A DNA stretch of 64,000 bases from a virus. Its lineage: Duplodnaviria > Caudoviricetes. Of this stretch, positions 46,658 to 56,281 are shown in pieces. Each line of letters starts with the position of its first letter. Position 1 is the stretch's first letter. Made by a program: the position numbers and the translations under genes. The notes under the pieces are model-generated. The model saw nothing but the letters and a program-made list of their open reading frames with translations. It searched no databases and was not told the DNA's origin. Location of the stretch: IMG/VR virus record IMGVR_UViG_3300009183_004565, one strand, 5' to 3'.

Positions 46658-47620
46658 ATGTATACAATTATTGATAATGTATGGCATAAATCAATGAAAC
46701 TACATCAACTAGTAGGATTACGAAACGAATTGCAAGAATCAATTGAACTCTCTACGATTCTACAAGGTGTACAAAAAAATCAAGATACGTTAAATCACAT
46801 TATTTTTCAAGCAGACGAAAAGTATGGGCAGAGAATTGCTGACTTGTCCAAAAAGCATGCTCGAGTGATTGAAGTAGTACAAGAAGATTTACAAGAAATT
46901 AAACAGTTAGTTGAAGAGTTAAATGCCGAGATATCTCATGAAACTGCTCGTTTCTTTCATGAAAATTATCAAACAGAATGCATGTTTACAGATCCAAGAG
47001 AGATACGTAATCATAAATTGTTGGAAATGGCCGAAGGCAGCAGAGAAGTATTAGAATCAAGAGTAGGTCTATATTGTGACTGGAAATATGCCACGTTAGA
47101 AATAGGATGCAGGGATGGCGAATGGACCAAAAAACTAATTGCTGCAGATCCATTGTACATTACTGATATCAACGAGGAGTTTCTTATAAGCACTGTTAAT
47201 CAGTTTACCAAGGAATATCAAGCACGACTCCGAAAGTATTTGGTTAAAGATTATCAGATATCTAACTTACCTATAAACCAATTTGGATTTATTTTTAGTT
47301 ACAATTTTTTTAATTATCTAAGCCTAGACAGTATTAAACAATTGTTAATTCAAGCCAACCAATGGTTAAAACCTGGTGGCGTAATGATGTTTACTTATAA
47401 CAATGCCGACATGAGTGCCAGTGCTGGCATGTGTGAAGGTTACTTTATGACCTATGTTCCAAAAAGCATGTTGGCCCCAATGGTAGAAAGTCTAGGGTAC
47501 GAAATAATAAGTGCCCCGGACTATAATCCCTCGACTAGTTGGATTGAAATTAGGAAGCCCGGAATTTTAAAAACTGTCAAAGCTCACCAAGCATTAGGTG
47601 AAATAGTACACAGAGGTTAG
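46658..47620 (+). CDS. SAM-dependent methyltransferase-like protein with N-terminal coiled-coil
   Basis: LEIGCRDG, FIFSYNFFNY, LKPGG. Confidence 0.7.
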   Translation: MYTIIDNVWHKSMKLHQLVGLRNELQESIELSTILQGVQKNQDTLNHIIFQADEKYGQRIADLSKKHARVIEVVQEDLQEIKQLVEELNAEISHETARFFHENYQTECMFTDPREIRNHKLLEMAEGSREVLESRVGLYCDWKYATLEIGCRDGEWTKKLIAADPLYITDINEEFLISTVNQFTKEYQARLRKYLVKDYQISNLPINQFGFIFSYNFFNYLSLDSIKQLLIQANQWLKPGGVMMFTYNNADMSASAGMCEGYFMTYVPKSMLAPMVESLGYEIISAPDYNPSTSWIEIRKPGILKTVKAHQALGEIVHRG

Positions 47621-47649
47621 TTGACTTTTCTAAATACAATAGTTACAAT
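47621..47649 (+). promoter_or_regulatory. sigma70-type promoter with a TAAATA motif in the spacer
   Basis: TTGACT (47621-26), 17 bp spacer, TACAAT (47644-49); TAAATA at 47631-36. Confidence 0.8.
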
Positions 47650-47673
47650 TACAAATATTCTTAGGAGAAATAA

Positions 47674-48405
47674 ATGCGAGATTACTTACTCGATATAGTA
47701 TCACACACTCATAGTTTGGGTGTTATTGATTTAGTTAAAATTACCGGTACTGATTCGTTGACTCTTGTTAACGCAGTTGGCGAAGAACGTGTGGCTATTG
47801 TGGAAGCACAATTTCATAATCCTGTTCCAGAGTTTATGGGTACCTTTGGTATGCCTAATCTGGGCAAACTTAATACCATTCTTAATATTCCTGAGTACAA
47901 GGAAGATGCCAAACTGTCTATTATCTCTAAAGACGTCGAAGGTGTCAAGACACCCGAAGGCATTCATTTTGAAAACAAAGAAGGAGATTTTAAAAATAGT
48001 TATCGATTCATGAGTGCCAATGTAGTAAACAACACTTTGCAAACAGTTAAGTTTAAAGGTGTTAAATGGGGAGTAGAAATTGAACCCAGCGTGACTTCGA
48101 TACAGAAACTTCGATTTCAAGCACAAGCCAATAGTGAAGAAACAAGTTTTATTGCCAAAGTTGAAAATGGTAATTTAGTATTCTATTTTGGTGATCATAG
48201 TAGTCATGCTGGTAACTTTGTGTTTGCACACGATGTAGCAGGAACATTGACCAAAGCATGGCATTGGCCAATTGCTGCTGTAATTAGTATTTTGGCATTG
48301 CCTGGTGATAAAATGATTAGATTCAGTGACGAAGGTGCAGCTCAAATTACGGTGGATTCTGGATTAGCCGTTTATAATTATATCTTGCCAGCACAAACCA
48401 AGTGA
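47674..48405 (+). CDS. Putative sliding clamp (gp45/PCNA-like)
   Basis: 243 aa, beta-rich two-part pattern, clamp-sized, near polB, with a clamp loader in the window; no decisive motif. Confidence 0.5.
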   Translation: MRDYLLDIVSHTHSLGVIDLVKITGTDSLTLVNAVGEERVAIVEAQFHNPVPEFMGTFGMPNLGKLNTILNIPEYKEDAKLSIISKDVEGVKTPEGIHFENKEGDFKNSYRFMSANVVNNTLQTVKFKGVKWGVEIEPSVTSIQKLRFQAQANSEETSFIAKVENGNLVFYFGDHSSHAGNFVFAHDVAGTLTKAWHWPIAAVISILALPGDKMIRFSDEGAAQITVDSGLAVYNYILPAQTK

Positions 48406-49046
48406 TAGATTTTATAGAATATTATAAAACAAAGGGTCATGTGTTCGGCGAATGTATGAGTAAAGCCGACACTGACCTTATGTACGTTAATATTCCTAAA
48501 AATGCCAGTTCATGGACCAAACCTAATTTAAAAGATTGGGGATGGGAGAATTACAACTATCATACTGATAATTTGTATCATAAACATGCTATAATAGTTT
48601 TGCGTAATCCAGTTGAACGTTGGTTAAGTGGCATTGCTGAATACATGTATCTGTACCATAGAAATTTAGATACAGCACATTTTTCAAATTGTTTTTTTGA
48701 TTTAGTATTTGATAGAATAGCATTTGACGATCACACCGAACAACAAGTATTATTCTTAGAAGGATTGAATCTTACTAACTGTACTTTCTTTTGGTGTGGA
48801 TCTCAATATAGAGAACTATTCAGTCATTTTTTAAATAATCGCGGAATGAGTAATAGATATTTCAATTACGATTATCAACATGTGACACAAGATGATCCTA
48901 TCAGAAGTCAATTCAAACAAACTTTTAAACAGGTACTAGATAAAAATTCTAAATACACTACGAATTTGGATAATTTTTTTTCTAAAGACTACAAACTAAT
49001 TAGATCTATTAATTTTTATGACAATCATTCAATCTTTTCAAATTAG
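48402..49046 (+). CDS. Sulfotransferase-family (Sulfotransfer_2-like) protein 1
   Basis: GTG start; YVNIPKNASSW (5'-PSB) and LRNPVERWLSG (3'-PB). Confidence 0.75.
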   Translation: MIDFIEYYKTKGHVFGECMSKADTDLMYVNIPKNASSWTKPNLKDWGWENYNYHTDNLYHKHAIIVLRNPVERWLSGIAEYMYLYHRNLDTAHFSNCFFDLVFDRIAFDDHTEQQVLFLEGLNLTNCTFFWCGSQYRELFSHFLNNRGMSNRYFNYDYQHVTQDDPIRSQFKQTFKQVLDKNSKYTTNLDNFFSKDYKLIRSINFYDNHSIFSN

Positions 49047-49668
49047 AGGACTAATTGACCCAACAGAAAAATTTATATTCCTGGATGTATCAAAAAATGC
49101 CTCTACAAAGATTCTAAATACTCTGCGTAATGCCGAATGGACCAATTTGCCTGTTATGGAACGAAAAGAAAAAAATAATTTTCTTAACGACAAAATACTT
49201 TTTTCTGTACTAAGGGAACCATATGAGAGATGGGTAAGCGGATTTACAACATATGCTAAGTTGCCAGGAGCCAGGGGAACTCTTAATCTCTCGTTGTATA
49301 GATTATTAAACTCAGATCATTGGTACATTACTTTACAATCAATATTTGACTTTAGTGATAATTTTGAATTTGATATTCATACTCAATTACAATGCAATTG
49401 TTTTGACAGTTATAATGATACAAATACAGATATTAACTTTTTTCTACTTAACGAAAATGTTTGGTCCAATTTGCAAAATTGGTGCGATACTGTTAATTTA
49501 GAAATATTTTTTAACGATCGTTATGTAAATCAAACAGCCAAATCAAATTTAATATATAATCGAATAGTATCGTTTCTAGATACAAATCCTCGTTATAAAG
49601 AAAAATTAATGACTTGGTTACAACCTGATTACGATTTTTTTAACTCAGTGAAATTTGTTGCCCAATGA
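49018..49668 (+). CDS. Sulfotransferase-family protein 2
   Basis: LDVSKNASTKI and LREPYERWVSG. Confidence 0.75.
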   Translation: MTIIQSFQIRGLIDPTEKFIFLDVSKNASTKILNTLRNAEWTNLPVMERKEKNNFLNDKILFSVLREPYERWVSGFTTYAKLPGARGTLNLSLYRLLNSDHWYITLQSIFDFSDNFEFDIHTQLQCNCFDSYNDTNTDINFFLLNENVWSNLQNWCDTVNLEIFFNDRYVNQTAKSNLIYNRIVSFLDTNPRYKEKLMTWLQPDYDFFNSVKFVAQ

Positions 49669-50309
49669 AATTAATAAAATACTGGTACGCGGACTCTCTA
49701 ATAGATCCAGATCAAAAATTTTGGTATCTTCCAATATATAAAAATGCCAGCACTAAGATTACCTCATGTTTAAAAAGAAAGAATTGGGATACACTAATTC
49801 GCACCAATATAATCAACGAAGATAAGTTTGTTAATAAATCTGTGCAATTTGCAATACTTCGCGACCCATACGAGCGTTGGATCTCTACTTATGTTTCTTA
49901 TATTAAAAATCCTATATTTGATCAATCTTCTTTGAATTCTCTGTTAGCATCAAAAAATAAAGATGATTTTGTTGAATTGCTATTTAATCGTGCACCTATT
50001 CAAGAATTTGATATGTATACCAATTTACAATCTGTAGCACTTTTAGATCATCCAGACTTAAAAAAAATTAACTTTTTTTGGCTCAATGGTCAGACTGGAT
50101 ATCAATTAAATAAATGGCTTCAGTCTCATAATGAAATAACATCATTGAATAACAGTATAGAAAACGGGATTGATAAAAAAGACCCACTATACCGAGAAGT
50201 AATTTCTTTTTTATTTAATTACAAGAATCATAAAATTAAAAACAAAATAATGGATTATTTACAACCAGACTACGATTTTATAAGCGGAATTAATTTTTAT
50301 GCAAGATAA
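49665..50309 (+). CDS. Sulfotransferase-family protein 3
   Basis: LPIYKNASTKI and LRDPYERWIS. Confidence 0.75.
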   Translation: MKLIKYWYADSLIDPDQKFWYLPIYKNASTKITSCLKRKNWDTLIRTNIINEDKFVNKSVQFAILRDPYERWISTYVSYIKNPIFDQSSLNSLLASKNKDDFVELLFNRAPIQEFDMYTNLQSVALLDHPDLKKINFFWLNGQTGYQLNKWLQSHNEITSLNNSIENGIDKKDPLYREVISFLFNYKNHKIKNKIMDYLQPDYDFISGINFYAR

Positions 50310-51846
50310 TTTAACAAGTAAACAAAATGATTACGCAGTATTCTTACCTGCTATCTCGGGCTTCTATGCAACTTTTATAGGAAAGCAGCGTGTTAACAAC
50401 GACTATGTTGACCCTGCACGTTTTCCTGTAGGACTAACTGACTTAGAGCAAATGAATTGGCTTAACAGTCAGCAATCTTGGTTTCCGTATCGCTGGAGTT
50501 TGTATTCAGGTGGTCATGCCAATTTGGATTTAACCAAAGACGATCCAAGCGAGGACATGGTTCGTAAACGCGAACCGGGTACATTCATGTTAGGTGACTC
50601 AGGTGGATTCCAAATTGCCAAGGGTTTATGGGAAGGTGATTGGAAAGCCAACTCAGGTTGCCCCAAGGCTCAAGGTAAACGCGAAGCGGTACTTAAATGG
50701 CTGGATGGCATTGCTGATTACGGCATGATTCTTGATATACCTACCTGGGTAACTAAAGATCCCAAGGCCAGCGCCGCCTGTCAAATCAAAACAGTTCCTG
50801 AAGCTATTGCAGCAACAAAGTTTAACAATGAATACTTTATTGCAAACAGAAAAGGCAAAGACAACGGTGGTGCCAAGTTCTTAAATGTGTTACAAGGTTC
50901 TACACACACCAATGCAGAATCTTGGTATCAAGAAATGAAAAAGTATTGCGATCCTGCACAGTATCCTGGCAAACACTTTGATGGGTGGGCAATGGGCGGA
51001 CAGAACATGTGTGATGTACATTTAATCCTAAAGCGATTGATTGCATTACGTTACGACAATTTACTACAAGAAGGTGTTCATGATTGGATGCACTTCTTGG
51101 GTACTTCAAAACTAGAGTGGGCATTACTACTCACAGATATACAGAGATCAATACGCCGATATGTTAACCCTTCTTTTACTATTTCCTTTGACTGTGCTAG
51201 TCCTTTCCTTGCTACGGCGAATGGACAAGTCTACCACGAAATTGACCTTACCCCAGGACAAAAATGGTCCTATAGAATGAATCCCAGTGCCGACGATAAA
51301 AAATATTCCACAGATACTCGCAGTTACAAAGACGGCACTATACAAGACGGTTTCTGGAAACATTTTGACGAAAGTCCGATTAGCCAACGTTTACAAATGA
51401 AAGATATTTGTATATATAAACCCGGCGACCTAAATAAGAATGGCAAGGAAGGCAAGACTTCTTGGGATAGTTTCAGTTATGCATTGCTAATGGGGCATAA
51501 CGTATGGACGCACATTGAATCAGTTCAACGTGCCAATCGTGAATATGATGCCGGCAACTATCCTGCTATGATGCAGTATAGTGGCCCCGGACAAGATAAG
51601 TTTAAAGATATCATTGATAGTATTTTTGCTGCGCCTGACAAACAAACAGCACTTGATATCGTTGAACATTATAGTAAGTATTGGATGGAAATTGTTGGCA
51701 CTAGAGGCAACAAAGGTAAAAAAGCGTTGAATTCTGAAACAATGATGGATGTGCATTTTGAATTAGAAGGCAGTAGTGTTAAAGTAGAGAAGTCCAAGAA
51801 AGAAAAACCCTTGGCAATTTTAAATCCAGATCTTTTTGAGGTATAA
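50299..51846 (+). CDS. dpdA: TGT-superfamily guanine transglycosylase, DpdA-like (DNA-acting inferred)
   Basis: MLGDSGGFQI, MILDIP, NVLQG, GWAMGG, HFLG, FDCASP, MGHN are TGT catalytic/binding motifs; the CxCxxC Zn motif of tRNA TGTs is not visible; folE/queD/queE nearby. Confidence 0.8.
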   Translation: MQDNLTSKQNDYAVFLPAISGFYATFIGKQRVNNDYVDPARFPVGLTDLEQMNWLNSQQSWFPYRWSLYSGGHANLDLTKDDPSEDMVRKREPGTFMLGDSGGFQIAKGLWEGDWKANSGCPKAQGKREAVLKWLDGIADYGMILDIPTWVTKDPKASAACQIKTVPEAIAATKFNNEYFIANRKGKDNGGAKFLNVLQGSTHTNAESWYQEMKKYCDPAQYPGKHFDGWAMGGQNMCDVHLILKRLIALRYDNLLQEGVHDWMHFLGTSKLEWALLLTDIQRSIRRYVNPSFTISFDCASPFLATANGQVYHEIDLTPGQKWSYRMNPSADDKKYSTDTRSYKDGTIQDGFWKHFDESPISQRLQMKDICIYKPGDLNKNGKEGKTSWDSFSYALLMGHNVWTHIESVQRANREYDAGNYPAMMQYSGPGQDKFKDIIDSIFAAPDKQTALDIVEHYSKYWMEIVGTRGNKGKKALNSETMMDVHFELEGSSVKVEKSKKEKPLAILNPDLFEV

Positions 51847-52053
51847 ATGTACAAAGCTAAAATTAAACAACTTGAAGAATCTCATCGTGTGTTAAACAAA
51901 CAGATAGACGACATGGAACGTAATCATCCTCATGTTGAAGTTGATCGACTTGCTGAAATGAAAAAGAAAAAACTACTTGTTAAAGACGAAATCAGCCGTC
52001 TTAATAAGTTACAATGGGATCACGATCATGAAACGGTACACGGCGATGAATAG
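51847..52053 (+). CDS. DUF465/YdcH-like small coiled-coil protein
   Basis: L...H..L..QI..........L..MKKKKL..KDEI..L. Confidence 0.75.
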   Translation: MYKAKIKQLEESHRVLNKQIDDMERNHPHVEVDRLAEMKKKKLLVKDEISRLNKLQWDHDHETVHGDE

Positions 52054-52555
52054 AAACGGACATAACAATGCAAGCCTTTTTGTAGGCACTGAAGTAGAAC
52101 ATACACCTGCATTTGATTTAAAGACACTATTTGTTGTTGATATACAATCTATAGAATTAATCGAAGCCGCATACCTTGCACATAAATGCGAACACATATA
52201 CTTTGGTGCTAATCAAAGTTTTGCACCCAACGGTACTGCTAATTATTTTACTTTATGGGAAGAAATGATTACCCATTTTCTTAAGAAAGATCGTTTGTGT
52301 ACGTTGGATTTTGATGTATCCCATGTTGAATATGTATTGGAATATGGGTTCACCGAATATCATAATTTTATCCCAATGATTTCGGTTAAATTGCCCTATA
52401 TACAACAATTAGGATATAATGCTATAATTAAGCTCGACGATAAAGATTTTAATGCAACCAATCCTGGTGTATGGTGTCATAGTGTACACAAGTTACAAAA
52501 TCGTCGAGTGTTCACTGACTGGTCTAAATACACCAAAGACGAGATTATTAAATGA
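52046..52555 (+). CDS. Conserved phage protein of unknown function in the deazaguanine locus
   Basis: F.G.EVEHTPA...KTLFV, HIYFGANQSF, K.DD.DF.ATNPGVWCH. Confidence 0.6.
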   Translation: MNRNGHNNASLFVGTEVEHTPAFDLKTLFVVDIQSIELIEAAYLAHKCEHIYFGANQSFAPNGTANYFTLWEEMITHFLKKDRLCTLDFDVSHVEYVLEYGFTEYHNFIPMISVKLPYIQQLGYNAIIKLDDKDFNATNPGVWCHSVHKLQNRRVFTDWSKYTKDEIIK

Positions 52556-52980
52556 ATCAAGAACAAAGACAAACAGCAGATAGAATTATAGAACGTGCCG
52601 AAAGACAAATTTGGGTAACTTTTAGGCGCGAAGGTATCCATAAATACCCAGCAGCATTGGAGGAACCACAACTTGCGGATGTATCTTTTCTTGGCTATCC
52701 TCATCGCCATATCTTTCATTTCCGGGTGTCAATTGATGTGTTCCACAATGACCGGGACATCGAATTCATCCAATTCAAACGCTGGCTCGAAGGGCTGTAT
52801 AGTGCTAGTACACTCATTTTAGATTATAAAAGTTGCGAAATGATTGCTGATGACTTATATGTCCAAATTGCTAGTAAATTTCCCGGACGTAATGTTATAA
52901 TCAACGTGAGTGAAGACGGCGAAAATGGCTGTACTATCACTTACAATACACACCAACCTTATCAATCAATGAAAATTTAA
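52552..52980 (+). CDS. QueD-like T-fold protein (DpdL-like candidate)
   Basis: EGIH.YP, LGYPHRHIFHF (LxxxHRHxF), EF, SCEMIA, VSEDGENG. Confidence 0.6.
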   Translation: MNQEQRQTADRIIERAERQIWVTFRREGIHKYPAALEEPQLADVSFLGYPHRHIFHFRVSIDVFHNDRDIEFIQFKRWLEGLYSASTLILDYKSCEMIADDLYVQIASKFPGRNVIINVSEDGENGCTITYNTHQPYQSMKI

Positions 52981-52981
52981 T

Positions 52982-53356
52982 ATGGTTAAAGCTCCTCCAT
53001 GTATAGTATTAGGGTGCGGAAGATCTTCTTCTTACATTAATAGAAACCAAGATGGCACAAAAAAATATCGAAATACCTGTAGCAAACATCATAAAACGAA
53101 TTTAAACATGTCTAAAAAAGATTATTGCGAAAATATTGATGGTCGCCTTGGATTTAAATGTACCACTACTATCTTAGGTCCGTATCAATTACAAGTAGAT
53201 CACGTTGACGGAGATCGTTACAATAACGATCCAAAAAATCTTCAGACTTTGTGTGCTTGTTGTCACGCTCATAAAACGCATAAAGAAAAAAATCATCTTA
53301 GACGTTACAATAAAAAAATACAAACTACATTTAATTCAATTTTCAACTTTCAATAA
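52982..53356 (+). mobile_element. Free-standing HNH endonuclease gene (putative homing endonuclease)
   Basis: QVDHVDGD..NN...NLQTLCACCH..KT; N-terminal C...C...C.KH zinc motif. Confidence 0.8.
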
Positions 53357-53373
53357 AAATCTAAGGAGCAACT

Positions 53374-54297
53374 ATGCCCCGAGTAAAAAAGTCTGCTGCA
53401 CTAGATGCCGAGCACGAAAAACTCATTGCGGTTTTAAAGTTTACACCACGTACCTATAAAATTTCATTGTGGGGATATGGTGGCGAATCTGTTATGGGTA
53501 CCGTACCTCGCGAAATCTACGATTACTTTAAACAGCGTAGACTTGATGTTAGTGGCTTTGCATGGGACAGCGACTACGCCGAAGAAAACAATATTCCCGA
53601 AGCGATGTGGCCATTCTCTCCTGGTTCATGGTACGAGTGTGATGATATAGCACATGTCAATGGTGTTGTATTAGATAGTGGCACTGTACACATTGAAGAT
53701 GAAAACGGTGACGAAATTCTCCAGTGTGGGATTGATGCTTTCCAAGACGAAGACTGTCCTGAATTAGATTACACAGACGAAACCTTTATTGACGATAAGC
53801 CGCCAGGCACTATAGTATTCATTGGCAACAGTAACGAAAAAGGTACGTTCTTTGAAGGCAGTATTGATCTTAGTGCCCCGTTTGATATCAACAAACTAAC
53901 TTTCAAAATTGAAGACGTAGACGGCAGTGAAGTTGTCTGCGGAATAGAATACGACGGCGAGTCGATTGATAACTATGGTGGCGATACCACTGGCAAGAGT
54001 TCAGAATTTGGATTCTATGTTGCAGGATCAATGAAGAATGGTAAGTGGGAACGTTATCGTAACGAAGATGATTGCACTTACGAAATGACTGCATGGTTTC
54101 CAAAAAACACCAAACCTGTGCGCGAAGGTGTTTATGAAATTGATGCAGGTAATAAAGAAAAATGGCCAAACTTTAGTCCAACTACAGCACGATGGACAGG
54201 CACACGATGGCTCAGTGTCTGGGCAGATGACACTCCCGAAACACCAGAAGTAAAAATAAAACAATGGCGTGGCATTGCCTACGATCCAAACAACTAA
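53374..54297 (+). CDS. Acidic hypothetical protein
   Basis: 307 aa, AAGGAG RBS. Confidence 0.65.
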   Translation: MPRVKKSAALDAEHEKLIAVLKFTPRTYKISLWGYGGESVMGTVPREIYDYFKQRRLDVSGFAWDSDYAEENNIPEAMWPFSPGSWYECDDIAHVNGVVLDSGTVHIEDENGDEILQCGIDAFQDEDCPELDYTDETFIDDKPPGTIVFIGNSNEKGTFFEGSIDLSAPFDINKLTFKIEDVDGSEVVCGIEYDGESIDNYGGDTTGKSSEFGFYVAGSMKNGKWERYRNEDDCTYEMTAWFPKNTKPVREGVYEIDAGNKEKWPNFSPTTARWTGTRWLSVWADDTPETPEVKIKQWRGIAYDPNN

Positions 54298-54319
54298 CCT
54301 TAATAACTAGGAGAATAAA

Positions 54320-54538
54320 ATGGCCGCAGCATGGCTCAAGAAGTATCTAAAGATGAAACCCGAAGTCAATCAAATCTTTGAAGACCTCGAGAAATACAAA
54401 GAGTTTTGTGTAACATACGGTTACATCTACGACGAGCGTCACTTGTACAACGAAAAAACACCTTGGGGCGAGTTCGAACGTGTACAACGTGGCAAATGGC
54501 CCAAGATGAATTGGTATGCCAAGAAGGAACGTACCTAA
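54320..54538 (+). CDS. Hypothetical protein
   Basis: 72 aa, AGGAG RBS. Confidence 0.65.
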   Translation: MAAAWLKKYLKMKPEVNQIFEDLEKYKEFCVTYGYIYDERHLYNEKTPWGEFERVQRGKWPKMNWYAKKERT

Positions 54539-54542
54539 TTAA

Positions 54543-55088
54543 ATGAACGTTTTAACTTACGATCATGTACTCCCAACTTGGTTAGAGGAGTCTGGAGAAA
54601 ATCAGTTCTATAGATTTCCTTTAGAATATAATCATCGCACAAAAGATGAAAATCCTCCATTTTTTGGTAAGTGTCTATACAACAAAAAAACAGGAGTATA
54701 TGTTCAATCTCCTTATTTTGTAGATGCTTTGTGTGATTGTATTAGGTATGACCTTGTGAATAAAATTGACCCAAGTGCAACATTCAATGAATTTCAAAGA
54801 GTGATTGTAAACGGGCAGATAGGTGGTATGTCTCCTGGTAGACATCCTGACTATGATGATCGTAATATGTGGACTGCTGTTTATTTCCTGTTAGGAAATT
54901 CAGGAGACCTAGTATTTTATCTTGATAACACTACTAAGAAGATCAAGTTTAGAAAACATAGATTGGTAGTGTTTAATAGTCGTATAGAACACGAAGCACT
55001 AGCACCCAATGAAGGTGATTGGAGAATGAGCATTGGTATCAATTGGTATATGGATACCAAATTTAATGAAATTGTAAAAGGAAAATAA
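54543..55088 (+). CDS. 2OG-Fe(II) oxygenase
   Basis: HPD (HxD), TAVYFL...SG.L.F, LVVFNSRIEHEA (distal H), RMSI (2OG-binding R). Confidence 0.8.
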   Translation: MNVLTYDHVLPTWLEESGENQFYRFPLEYNHRTKDENPPFFGKCLYNKKTGVYVQSPYFVDALCDCIRYDLVNKIDPSATFNEFQRVIVNGQIGGMSPGRHPDYDDRNMWTAVYFLLGNSGDLVFYLDNTTKKIKFRKHRLVVFNSRIEHEALAPNEGDWRMSIGINWYMDTKFNEIVKGK

Positions 55089-56281
55089 TGCGTAAATTAT
55101 GGTATATGGGTCTAGAACCCTATAAAGCACGATACACTCTACAGTTACAAGAGTGGAATCGTGCTGTATTTGACCGCCGTGGCATCAACTACGAAATAGT
55201 AGAAGGCGAAACGCTAAGTAACGACCAAGCCATTGTAACCGGACAAGTGCTAGATGCACATGGTCGTACATACTTTGGTATGAGCCAACTGATGAATCTT
55301 GTTCGCAAGATGAAAGCAGGAGAAGTTACCAATGAAGATGTTGTATACTTCGAAGACATGTTTCAACCTGGTATCGAGAGCTTGCCTTATATCATGCAGC
55401 AGTGCGATCCTGCTATGCGTCCCAAGATTGCTGTTCGTTGTCTTGCACAAAGCATTGACCCAGATGACTTTGTTCATGTCTGGGGCATGCAACAGTGGAT
55501 GGGGCATTATGAAAAGATGGTAGATAGTTTTGCCGATATCGTTCTTGCCAGTAACGAAGAAATGGTTATGCACATGAAGGTTGCAGGATGGCAGGCTCCT
55601 GTGTATAATATTAGTGGACTGGCATTTGGCAAAGAGGAAGTACGTGGTCGTGTGGCCGGTGCACTAAAGCCATTCCATGGTCGTAAGTATCGTGTGGGAT
55701 TTGCTGCCCGATGGGATCAAGAGAAGCAACCAGACTTTTACATGGATCTAATAGAAGAATATCACCGTCGTGCCAGTTTTGTGTTTAATGATTGGCCCAA
55801 TGTTGAGTTCTGCGTATTCAGTGGCAGTAAACTAAAAAGCAATAACGACAGTTACATGGCTCGTACTCGACGTATGCAGGCTGAAGGTAAACTTGTCGTT
55901 CATGAGGACTTGGAAAAAAATGATTATTATAATTTACTCAATGATACTCGTGTGTTATTCAATTGCGCTTTACAAGACTGGGTTAGTAACACTGTCAGCG
56001 AAGCCGACACTCTGGGATGTAATGTGTTATATCCCGCATATCGTAGTTTTCCTGAGTCTTTTGCTAACGATCATGAAAGACTTTACATTCCTTGGAGTAT
56101 AGATGACGCAATTACTAAACTTAATAAGCTATTGGAGCATCCTCATCCCGGTATGGGCACCATTAGTGATTGGACTGGGGGTACCATTGATCGCATTGTG
56201 GACATTCTAGAAGGCAAGGGCGAACAGTGGCAGCGCATGAGTACCGACTATCGTAAACATACACACGAGCACAAGTATTAA
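55088..56281 (+). CDS. GT-B fold glycosyltransferase
   Basis: FAARWDQEKQP, K.DYY..L....V.FN.ALQDWVS....EA...GC..LYP.YRSFPE. Confidence 0.75.
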   Translation: MRKLWYMGLEPYKARYTLQLQEWNRAVFDRRGINYEIVEGETLSNDQAIVTGQVLDAHGRTYFGMSQLMNLVRKMKAGEVTNEDVVYFEDMFQPGIESLPYIMQQCDPAMRPKIAVRCLAQSIDPDDFVHVWGMQQWMGHYEKMVDSFADIVLASNEEMVMHMKVAGWQAPVYNISGLAFGKEEVRGRVAGALKPFHGRKYRVGFAARWDQEKQPDFYMDLIEEYHRRASFVFNDWPNVEFCVFSGSKLKSNNDSYMARTRRMQAEGKLVVHEDLEKNDYYNLLNDTRVLFNCALQDWVSNTVSEADTLGCNVLYPAYRSFPESFANDHERLYIPWSIDDAITKLNKLLEHPHPGMGTISDWTGGTIDRIVDILEGKGEQWQRMSTDYRKHTHEHKY

